Source: Lingula anatina (taxonomy: Eukaryota; Animalia; Brachiopoda). Taken from it: DNA of 64,000 bases. The stretch covers positions 33,809,967 through 33,873,966 of the forward strand of contig CM120640.1 in the NCBI GenBank assembly GCA_051362555.1. Direction: 5' to 3'. A program made the position numbers and the translations under genes. The notes beneath the pieces are model-generated. The model saw nothing but the letters and a program-made list of their open reading frames with translations. It was not told the DNA's origin and searched no databases. This document shows positions 1 to 12,200 of this stretch, one piece after another (position 1 is the first letter of the stretch; the number at the start of each line of letters is the position of its first letter).

Positions 1-37
1 ACATCACGATTACCGCCTGACGCCCCCCCCCCCCCCC

Positions 38-81
<44 letters not shown>

Positions 82-405
82 GCCACTGTATTGTATCGTG
101 ATCCTTGTGGATGAATAAAAAGTTTTATTTGTCCAAGCGTGTTATTTTAATATCTTACTATTCCGTTTTTGGTAACGTTAGATGAGGCAGATGTGAGCCT
201 TATTTTTATTGTTATAATGGAAGACGAGAGACATAAAAAGGACTTGACAGTGGGCATAAAGCTGAGTTGAGAATACACGATTCTTGTTGTTTGATCCGAC
301 TCTTACAATTTGTCGTTTTTCGCTTTGGTACGGGGCTGTCTTGACTGGTGGCGCTAATTTCTACCCTAGGCATTCGAGGTATGAATTATCACACTATGAT
401 TCGCA

Positions 406-655
406 ATGGCGCAGGAGGGGTGGTTGTGCACTGACACGGCTAGCAGAGGGATAGAGCTGACGCAGCGCATTGTGGAAGCTTCACAGGAGGGAGATTTTGA
501 TACTATAAAATCCTTGCTAGAGGCAGGTGTGTCGGTGAACGCTGCCGAATACAACAAGACTTTGTTTTATGCCTCTCAGAATTACATGACTCCGCTTCAA
601 ATTTGTGCAGAACATGGGTTTTTACAGTGTATTACACTGTTGATAAAGCATGGAG
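406..655 (+). CDS. ASB-like gene exon 1 (ankyrin repeats)
   Basis: ATG at 406; ...SLLEAGVSVN...TPLQICAEHGFLQCITLLIKHG; donor GTAAT at 656. Confidence 0.85.
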
Positions 656-3198
656 GTAATCACTATATATTTTGCTATACATTTTGCCATATATGATAAA
701 AATGCACTCTCAGTCATCAGACACGTCGCAGACTGCAGTCGGTCACAAACCTGAAAAGTGAAAGTTGTTTCAATATTTCAATACGTACTGCATGTTATCT
801 GTTATTACAGATATACACGAACTGTAATTGCTGCACAATGGGTTATGCAGATCTGTATCAGTATCTGTTTTACACTTATACAATTTAACAAGAATATTCT
901 AAACACATAAAAAACATGGTGTCACCATCATTGTGAAATCACTGAAACGGTATACACTGTACTAGTACATGTAGTGTACAGTACATATGTTGCTGTTATG
1001 AAACTTTATCCTGATCACTGTGACAGTAGTAATAGTATTGTCATTATTGAATTACAGCTGCTCTGGATGCCAAAGACCGTTTTGAAGTGACTGCAGTCCA
1101 CCTTGCTGCAGAGAAAGGGTATTTCCAGTGTTTGAAAGCACTGCTAGATGCTGGGGCGGACTGTAACATTGGGACCAAGTATTCTAGACATGGCTACTAC
1201 AAAGGTTAGTCTCTTTATATTTTAAAAATGTGACCATTTGTTTTCTCAATAGTATTAAACTCCAAGATGGTCGTATATCTTTATAAAGGAATGAGTGGAA
1301 AGGCTGTGAAATATTGCTGAAGGTAAAAGGTTTGTTGACAAGGACACATTGCAAAAACACTGACAGGTGCGATTATAAAGGTGTGATATGCTTTGTTTTA
1401 TAGAACATAAAAGAAATGAAATTGTTTTTAATATTGGGTTAGAGACAGAAACTAAAAGTCAAATTACACAATACGAAACTTTAGAAGATGGCATGTAACG
1501 TATGTGCCAGCATGTTTTTCAATTAATCATGGAGAGTAATGGAGACTTATCAGTCTAACATATTTACACACCTCCTCCTGGTATTGATTGGAAACATTTA
1601 AATTGATTGCATTCAGTGAGAATCCCCACAGAGTTGGATCGATCTACGTAGATTGATACCTTCACTGGGAATGAGCACTAATTCTTCCATACTTCTTGTT
1701 TTCAGCAGTGCCATATCCTGGGGGAACCACGGCACTACACCTAGCTGCCAAGAACAATCACGTGGAATGTGTCAAGGAGCTCATCCTCAGTGGGGCCGAT
1801 TTCAATGCGCCAGACCAGCATGGCCGCACCAGCCTGTATATAGCAGCCCACGAAGCCCACGAAGAGTGTGTGCTGGTCCAGCTTAGCTCTGCCCTGGGGA
1901 GAGATATCCTCTCTCTGCCGGTCAACATTACAAGTAAGACTGGGTTCCCATAAACTTCGAAGATTCAATCTAACTCAGAGGGGATTCTGGCCAAATTGCA
2001 TTCAGTTTAAGCGACTTAAATGTCTTTCACACCCACTGAGGATGTAAACTTTTGTGCATGCTTAAACTGAATGCAATTCAGCGAGAATCCCCCGTGGATA
2101 GCAGGGGCGGATCCAGAGATATTTTCTGACAGTCTTCTAAATTATCTTTGTTGAACCATCCTCCATTTTTGACCGTCTTCCGACAGAAAAAATTAGATAC
2201 CCGTCAATGTTAAAATCTGACCGTCTTCCAGAAGACCCAGAAGACGGCCTAAATCCGCCCCTGGATAGATCAATCCCGCTAGTAAGTTGGGGTTATGGAA
2301 ATGGTCCCTAAGAGGCATTAAAACCTTTGTAGTTTTTGTCCAAAATTAATGAAGTCAGTTTTCATATCATACTGCAGGGATCTTCCTGGATCAAAATCTG
2401 GTTGGGCCATTTTGGTCCACTTGGTCAAAAAAAGTGGGCCATTTTTAAAAAAATGTGTGCTGTTAATTATTTAGTAATAATTTATTATATTTCAATGTTT
2501 TTATATGATAAAAAAACACTGAAAAAAGGCTTGTTGCTAGTAAATCTTTTAATAAAGAAGAAATTTCCAAGGCATAATAACAAGATTGGTTGTTGTTTGT
2601 ATACATTTTTTAAACATTCATTAGGTCTGTAAGTTTAAAGACAAAAGGTTAATGGTTGTCCAGTAAATGTGTTATCACTGAAAGTGCACAGCCACTATGG
2701 TGACAACAATGACAGATTTTTTTCTCTACATAAAAAAACACAGAAATTAGGTCTCTTAATGTATAGTAAACAATACCCTCTCTTTCATTTTCGCCATTTA
2801 ACAATGGCAGTGCGAAAAATTTTCACTCGATAATCTGTTTCTAAGAGGTGATGTAACACAATTTTGAGAGCTAAATGCTCTTTCACAGTCAGCTGTATGA
2901 ACTGGATGGGAGAGGGCATGGGCTGCAATCTTAACAAGATTATGGAAGCCCTGGCTGTGATATTGCATCAGAATGTTCCAAAGAGAGATCAAGGAGTGTC
3001 TATGTGTGGATACTTCTTAACCTCCCAACACAGGCATCAGTTTCAACCTGAAAATGAAAATAATAAGTGGCATTGGATGAACAAAGCATAGCTCAGGGAA
3101 ATGTTGAAAAGAACCAAGGACGTAGTCACGTTTATTATTATTATTGTTAAATGCAAATATATCCAAAGAAAAAACTGAGTAATACCAACTTACCATTT

Positions 3199-3252
<54 letters not shown>

Positions 3253-6200
3253 ATCATGATATATTACAAACTTAGGATGACTGCATTGACAAGATTGAAT
3301 TATTTCATATAATTTATCACCTTAACAACTCCAATTTCCAGATCCTTGCATTGAAAAATTTGGTTAAGTGTAATGACAGGACGTAGAACATCTAGCATGC
3401 CATGACTCATCATAATGAACATCTCAGTGGCCACCTTCTTTTTCATACCAGAAGACTTTTGCAGATGTAGTGACAAAGTATGTAATAAGTGATCCCAGAG
3501 TGTGCACTATGGCATCTACAGCACTTTAGTAGCAGCCTGCTCGGTGCACAAGGCAAGTCTGTGAGCTGAGCAGTGAGTGCTGGACAAGTGTGGGTTAACC
3601 TTTAAAAACTGACCATAAAGGCCTTCCTTGTGACCTGTCATGACACTGGCACCATCAGTGCCCAGTGCTGTAACCTTACTAAATTCAATTCCCTGGGGTT
3701 GCCAAATGATTTTTGATTTCAAGAGAAATCCCCTTCCCTGTCCCATAGGATATATGAATATCCTTCCAGAAGAAAGTTTTTGGTGTCAAAGTTACTGGGT
3801 CTACTACTGGTGGTGCACTAAAATATCTGTGCTTTTGTCGCACATTATTGACAATGTTGGAGATGTTTGGACTTGTTTTGTTACATTTTCTTCTATTACT
3901 GCAGAAACTGATTTAAGAAGATCTGTTGCAGTTTTGTAACTGCTGTAATTGGTTTTCTCATTCACTCAGAGCAGATCAATATTTGGTACATTTAAATTTT
4001 GAAGTAGATTTATGAGATTGGTGTATTTTGAAAGGGGGATGCACTCCTGACTCAGCCAAAACACTGCCTTCATGCCTTTTTAGTCGCTGTCTCAAAATTT
4101 TGTTATTCTTTAGGCACCTTTAATTTGTAAATACAGAAAATAAGAAAAACTAGAAAGTATACAAAATGAAAGTAAAAATATTGATTCATTCCCATCTCAG
4201 TTCTGGTATAGATATCATACATGTAAACATTTACAATCTTATCAAATTGAAGTAGTCTAGGCTGCCTAGCTAATGGTTAATGAGTAGACTAAGTCATATA
4301 AGTTAATTGACTGAGTTAATCTTGAAAATTTTATTTTACCTGAACGGCATGTTGGTGATCCCTGTGAGTAACGTGTCTGATCAGGGAACTCGTGCGAAAT
4401 GAGGGTGTCATTATGACGCCAAAAGCAAGGGCATTTTTCTTTTCTTGGACACTGCAACTGTCAAACCACATAATAAGCCATGTGTATGATGTCAACCATT
4501 TTTGTTGAAAGGATCTGCTAGCCTTAACTCCAGCACTAGTTTCAGGTTGTGGCTCCCTGGCAGCGCTAGTCTGATTCTCAGCTTCGCAATGTTCATCTAG
4601 AGTTTCAGCATTGGTACCAGTATCATTTTTTTTTCCCAAAAATTCAGCATTGTCTGAGTTAGTTTTTTATTAGATGCCATCACATGCTTAAGAACGTATT
4701 TCGCACTCTCACACTAAGGGACACCAAAAATGCCGCTTATCTCATTTTATCTGTCAAAGATTTTAAGTGACTAAATTCAAAAACTCAACTAAAACCCGAT
4801 ATTTAAAAGCACAGCCCTTACAGCATTGCTATGCGTACTTCAAGCAACACCATGATGTACGTAAGTCTTTACTACGAAAATAAAAGTGTCTGCTATTTGT
4901 ATGCGCCAGTATGGCGCAGGTTAAAATTTTACTTGCGCCTTTGAGAAAAAGCCCACACATTAGGTGCAATTGCATGGCCCAGGATTATCCCTGATACTGT
5001 GAAATAAAAAGTAAATTATTTCTAAAGTCTAAAGAGACTAGACAAGATTTCTACTTGTGAGACATAGTGATTGACCCTACATCAAAGGGCCTTGATGCCA
5101 CGTTTGACTTGGCAATGTGAGCACTTAAAGTAAAAATGTTATTGTACTAGTAGATGGTGGGCGTGGGCAGGGGGAGGGAGGGTTTTTTTTTTCAACATTT
5201 TTACACAAGAGAAAATGATTCAATTATTTCACTTATGAGTAACTCAGTTGTTATTTAAATAATATTCAAACTCTAAGCATATATTGTAGTGTATGATTGA
5301 GCTAGTAAGAAGTAGAAGAATCGCGTGGTTTATTGATTTTCCAAGTGGTACATATATGAAGGTAACCACTTGTGGTAAAGAACTGGGACCAAAAAAAGAA
5401 GCGTTTTTACATATTTTCAATTTCAGAAGCAATGCATTTTATGAGAAAATTAATTTTGGTCTTTTAAGCCTTGAATCATGTATATCCTGGGTCATTTCAT
5501 ATCAACTCACCCAGCAAGGGTACCCTCCATCAAGAAACTTGCTGGTTTTTATATATGTAACAGTATTAAATGGTTCTTGTTGTTTTCTAACAAAATAAGC
5601 ATTTGAATTACTACTACATCCTCCCCCTACATAAAACCTGGTCCTACAGCTTTCAGGAAAAAGATACTGATTTAAATCTTGTGCACAAAATAATAACAAT
5701 AATTCCGTCTCCTCCAAATAAATCCTCAGGTACTGGCTTTAAAAAGGCTTTGGCTAGAGATCTTGTTAATGGGGCCCAAAACTGAGGAGCTGTCACTGTC
5801 TGAATCTGAAGCACAAGAAGTACTGGATATCAGACGGGACAGGAGAATTATATTTTTGCCTGTTTTCTTTGAGCTGGTTTGGGTCTATAGATGGGGAAAC
5901 TGGTAAAGATATCAGAGGCATAAGCATATTCTGATGTATTTTTTTCTGACCCCTTACCAACCTCTGGTTTTACCACAAAAACTGGTGTGTCAGAATTCAG
6001 TTGGTTTGTTACTAAGAACACCTCTGGTCTCCACCTATCGGCCAAATTGTTTTTACCCTTTAGACTAACATTTCTTTCTAATTCACCTACTGAAACACCA
6101 GTATACTTCTCTTTATGATTGTGGTTTCCTTTTTGTCGGGTTTGAGCTTTTTTAATTTGTTGAGATGCAGAGTCATGCGTGAGTCAGTTTCTTTCTAAGT

Positions 6201-9200
6201 TGGGATACATATTCCGGATATGACGAGGATGGGGTGGACTCATTAGGGTTTTGAAATAGAAGGTCAACAGCTAGTCTCAGATGTCTGCCGAACATTAGAA
6301 AAAATGGAGAGAAACCAGTTGTTTTGTTTTTTCATGCAGTTGTACGCATGGACCAATTTTCCAGTCGTGTTTTTCATCGGGGGTTTTTTAATTTGTTGAG
6401 ATGCAGAGTCATGCGTGAGTCAGTTTCTTTCTAAGTTGGGATACATATTCCGGATATGACGAGGATGGGGTGGACTCATTAGGGTTTTGAAATAGAAGGT
6501 CAACAGCTAGTCTCAGATGTCTGCCGAACATTAGAAAAAATGGAGAGAAACCAGTTGTTTTGTTTTTTCATGCAGTTGTACGCATGGACCAATTTTCCAG
6601 TCGTGTTTTTCATCGGGGGTTAAGTGTACCTATACATACTGAGCATTGACCTGTTAAATCTTTCTACTTGTCCATTCCCCCTAGGGTGACATTACATTAT
6701 ATGTATTTTCAAGGTAACATTTTATTGTACACAATCTACAAATGAATATTTAACCAAATCTATATCTAGTAGATGGTACAAAAATCTAACCCATGACACT
6801 TCAGATGAGAAGTACATCTTGCAAATTTTCCTGTAGCCATCCTGCGCAATAATATTTGATTTGCCAGGGACAGGGATGTTAATTTTGCAAAGTATATCAG
6901 TTTCAGGCACCCAGGCTGCAGATGTCTGACCGAGCTGGCCAGAGAAAGTTCCGAGTGGGTCCTGGAGGATAGAGACAATTAACTGTTCTACGTGGTTCAC
7001 TTTTTCAACAAAAAACATCTATCATTTTCCATCATATACACCTCAACAATGTCACGTGTGAACTGATAGATTTTGACTTGTACTATGACAAGTTTAGTCA
7101 GAAGTTTCCAGTGGACTCCTCATCCTCAGCTGTAGGTTTCTAAGCAATGAAACTAGTTGATTGTGGTTCAAAATAATGGCAACTTCTGGTTCTAGGTAAT
7201 GTATGCCCAGATTTAAGTAATTGGGACAGTTCACTGCCAACATTATCTATTTCTTCTTTGGAGACAAAATAAAATTGGTTGGTTGTTATATTTTCTTTAC
7301 AGAAGGTAAACATAGATGACAGTATGAGGATCTGATAGGAAGTTGGTATCTATAGTCTAGCATGTTCTGTTAATCTTTTTATTATTCCTCCAATACAATC
7401 ACAAGGGGATTTGCCATGGCTTGTTGCAGGCATCTATTCCAAAATCAGATTTGTGGTGGCATATGTTTAAAAGACCTTTAAGTTCCTGTACTGTCTGTCA
7501 CAATTATCAGAAAAGTACTCTTCTTTGCTGATAAAGGGCATATTAGATAATAATAATCTTTATTGGAGAATCGCAACCCGAAGGTTGAAGTTATACAATT
7601 TATGACCAATACAATTTATTAGCTCTAATGATGTTTAAGAGTTCCCTTTGGACTGCATGTATACACAAAGCAGGTATCGTGATCTAAATCATCAGACAGA
7701 TCCAGAGCAGAAACAATGATTTTTGTTGAGTACTTCCGCTTTGCTTGTAATACACAACAGCAGGGTGGAAAGAACAGTACTTATTGCTTTGACCACTGGA
7801 AAGACTGAAACTTATCTTGAATCACATATGGTTTTCTGCAAAGTCTGCAAGAATTAAAGCTTGGTCATCTTCAAGGCCTTTGAATCTTTTCTCTTCATCT
7901 TTTTTCCTTCGTTGAAGATACTTAGCTTGACATCTGGCAATATAGGAATAAGCAGTGAAGACATCGAAGGTGTCAACAAGCAAATCAATATCTTTGTCAA
8001 CTGACAAAGTTTGTGTAATAAATTTTCGATAGTCATGTCATCATCTTTGTCACTGAGTACCGTCAGACGTCTAGCGTATCTGAGGGGAAAAATGCCCAGA
8101 CCATTATCACTTCTGCAACATACTAGTCCTTTCCAGTCTCTAACCTTGATTTTTCTTCATTTTCCTAGAAGGATACAGGTTACAACTTGCTCAATGGTCC
8201 TTGGTAGAAGTATTTTACCAGCCAGTCTTAATTCTTTTCTGGCATAGCCAGGATTCCGTTGAAACTCTTTAACTCACAAGCTTGCCTTTCAGGTGCTCAG
8301 ACACCCCAAAGTAATTGGTAGCATATCCTCTGGTCCAAGATTCTAGTGTCAGGGTGACAATCTGAATTTTTTCCTTTGTTTAAATATACTGCAGCTCTCA
8401 GCTTACTTTGATTTCATGTCTTTATTGGTCTGTCAAGGTGTTGGGCTTTTGTTTTTATATCCAGATTTACTGCGAGAGTGCTGTCAGTTACCCAACAGCA
8501 ATTGCAAGTAATCCTTGAAACTTACTGCATTGCCAAGTTTCCTTTGAGCATAAAAAAGTTAAATGTTCTTATTCCCGCACGAAAACGCAGTAGATGCTCC
8601 AGCGCAGTAGACTACTGCAATCATACTGCAAATATGCCTCAAATCTGCTTCGCATTGGGAGCTAATTAGTATATTTGAAACATGCTTCTATCATGCTGCT
8701 AATCTACTGCATTAATGCTCCTCCTCTGTACAACCCTATGTAATTTTTGAAGTAGAATTGCAGTAGGCTATACTGCATTTCTACTGCAAATATGCTCCAC
8801 ACCACTACTGCGTTAATGCTTCTTTGCTACTTCGATACTACTGCATTTTTGTGCGGGTTGTTCAACGCCACTTATTCATCATCTTAAATAAAATAAATGA
8901 AAAAAAATAATTGTGAAGTATGAACCGTTAATTGTTTTTGTCATAAATTCATTTTAATGGCAGTTTCTTTTTATCAGTGTTAATGCAAAATTCTGTTCAC
9001 ATGCAGTCTCTGAAAGGGTTTCTGTCATTGATGTTCTCAGGGGTGAACCCGAGGAACTCCTCCCGTCTCCATCAATGTCCAAAAATGGATTGGACAGGTT
9101 CTTGGGTTTCCCCCTAAGTGCTGGATTGATGCCAGTGGCATTGAAACTATGTGGTATCATTTCCTAGGGAATCTGTGACCATGCGTCGTTTGTCCATTCA

Positions 9201-12200
9201 AGCACTTGTTCCTCGGAAGCTGTTTGCACCTTGTCTATCCCCCCAGCCTTGTTGATGGCTTCTACGTTACTCCACATCCTCTCTGACCACAACCTCCATA
9301 AATGTCCCTTGAACGGCTTGTTCAGGGACACGTCCAGAGGCTGGGCCAGAGAGGTACATCCTCCCGGGATGATGGCTGCTGTGGCATTGGCCCATCTCAA
9401 TTCTTTATTAACCATGACGGTTGTCTGCGTTGAGAAGGAGTCCATAATCAGCAAGGCAGAGCGTCTCTCCGTAAACGGTCTAAGAACTTCCTTTATCCAC
9501 AAAAGCATCACCTCCTTCTTCATCCACCCAGGGGGATTGGCAGTTACGACCCATCCAGGAGGAGCAGTTACGTCCGGGTCTCTCTTCCCTAAAATGAGAT
9601 TGGAAGAATTTAATAAACATGTGAAATGTCACATTTTTACCTGAAAGGTTTCAGCTAATGTTGCAGGATAAAATGGTTTAATCTCAATGCTAGCTGAGCT
9701 TCTATAGAATTTAAGAATATGTTACATAACATTATGTAAAAAATCAATGGTGATCACCAGGTGGTGGTATGTTTTTGTTGTTTGATAACATGCATTAATT
9801 TTTACTACTTTGTTTGATGGTAAGATCAAACGTATATTTATATTACCTTTAAAAATTATCATAGATGGCAATTTACGGCCGTATCCTTCTGTGGTTGGCC
9901 AAGGAATTAGTTCTATTCAGTATTTTTAAAATGATCTTTTGATTTTTAATTTTACATTTCAAACCTTAGTTTTCTAACATTGTACAAGCTATTTGTAGGT
10001 CATCTGTCAAACCTTGCAAGTATTTCACATTTGAAATTCTTTTATCTTGTTTTAGATTCTTAATAAAGGAGTTTTCCACCAGGGGCCAATTCCATAAAAG
10101 CATTCTAAGCCCTAGTTGGTTGCTAAACTTCATTCTATCTCTAGTTGCATACTTGCTCTATTCCATAAAACCATTTTAAGCCTAGTATAGTTCTAAGTTT
10201 CATGTTAAAGTAGGTCTGGGTATCTTCTAAATCACTAGTATCATTCTAACTCATTTCTCCTCGTACCTCCGAGGTGTAAGGATGGCCAGAAGAATTTTTG
10301 AAATTGTGGAACTCCGCAGAGCAATGCAGCAGGAACGAGTGTTTTGGGATAGAAGGAATCCATTTGATGATGTGGAACTTGTAAAAAGATACAGATTTTT
10401 CCAGAGACAGGCTGATAACTGACATTGTCAAAAATGACATTACCCAGCATACCAGAAAAAATCATGCCTTATTACCTTATTACAGTTAAATGGACACAGA
10501 GCATATGCATTACTTATACAAAATATATTCTAAACTTTTTTCTTGCTTGAGAGAATGAAATGAGAAAGAACATTGGATTTAATGTTTTGACAGGAGATTT
10601 AATGTTTTAGGCAAGTGTCCTACAATTAACATTTAGAATTATTTTACAGACAGTGGATAAATGGTATTGCTCACAAACTGAAATACACTGGTGATGAATG
10701 GTCAGTGTCATCTTTATGTGTGCTGGCATTAAGTTCAATTTCCAATTTCAATTTTTTTAGTTTTAACTTCAGATTCTCTTGCTGAATTAATTTACATGAG
10801 AATCTGAAGTCAGTTTGGAGAATTTTGTCTTCCAAGTCTTCCAAAGATCTCGACACATTAGGAAACTTTGCCTTGTGCTGATTCAGTATGCTTTCCCAAG
10901 CTTTATTTTTCCTAGCATTGGTGTTAGCATCCTTGTGTTGACTATCTATTGTATCCTTAAATTCTTCATAGCATTCGGCTATGAAGAGATATTCTTGTGT
11001 CGAATAAGTCGGTTTTCGTTGTCTCTTCCCTGAAGCTGAAGATGCCATTTTCTGTATAGGACTTTTATAGAATACATGCGAATGCCTTGACCAGTACTTC
11101 CCTCAGCCTGCACTCAGTTGTTTGGCGAAACTGACCCAGTGGTTTTGTGGTTTTCCTATGAAGACACCATTCTAGCCAAAATTAAGCAGCTAGTAAGAAT
11201 GGTTCTTAGTATGGTTTTATGGAATAGAAATTAGTTGATTGCTAACAAGTATACATCTAGGGATTTTGAATCATTTTAAGGCCTAGTATCATGCTAAGTT
11301 AGAATGCTTTTATGGAATTGGCCCCAGGTGGTTATTTCCAAATCTAGTCTTAAGAATATGTCTAGCCTAAGTGCAGCCTTCAAGACTGCCAACAAGAACA
11401 CAGTTTTTAATGGCTGCTTTAGCAGGACTTGATGCAAATTGTAGTAAAAGAGATAGCTTCATTGAAGAATCACTGATTTTACTATCAATAATTTCATCAA
11501 ATACTAATAAAGGAGTAATATTTTGACGAGTTTCTGTGGTAAATGTTAATTTCTGCTCTTTGTATTGACAAAATGTTCAACATCTGATTATCTAAACTAC
11601 TTTCCTTTTGTTCCTTGCTGCTAACTATGCCTTTCAAGAATGCCTTTCAAAATTTTCTTCCACGCCTTGTACCAGCTTTCACTTTCATTTAAATCATGCA
11701 CATTGTCCAGTTCTTCTTGGAAAGCAGCGAAAACCTCTCTCAATACGTTTATTGTCCCCTCTACACCATGGGCGTCGTCCTCTGTGACAGCTAGCTCTAC
11801 TTCTCTGATCTTCCTTGCAGTTCTTCAATTGAGGGTTGCCCCCCATGAATCAAAGTTTGTTTCACTGCCTGGGGAATTCTGTTTTTCTGTTTCCAGCCCC
11901 ACATCACAGCTTAACAAATAAGGTTGGGAAGCTTTTCACATTACTCATGCATACCTTTTACAGATCTGTTGTAGTAGGCTACAACAATATGTAACAATTA
12001 AGTTTCTTGGCAGAGGGTTCCCTCATTGGATGAGTTGATATGGAATAACCCTAGGTCTTATTATTGCTTACAGAGGAAACTCCACTGCATGAGTGTGTTC
12101 GCCATGGTCAGCGGAGAGCTGTGAGGGAGCTACTGAAGCATGGGTCAGATGTCAACCACAAGAACAATGCTGGCTTCACACCACTGCACCTGGCAGTACA

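Noticed and set aside
1-87. Poly-C/poly-A tract as a retrocopy tail
   Set aside because: Followed by AAATCCGCCACTG, the same type of MITE terminus seen elsewhere; element truncated by the window edge
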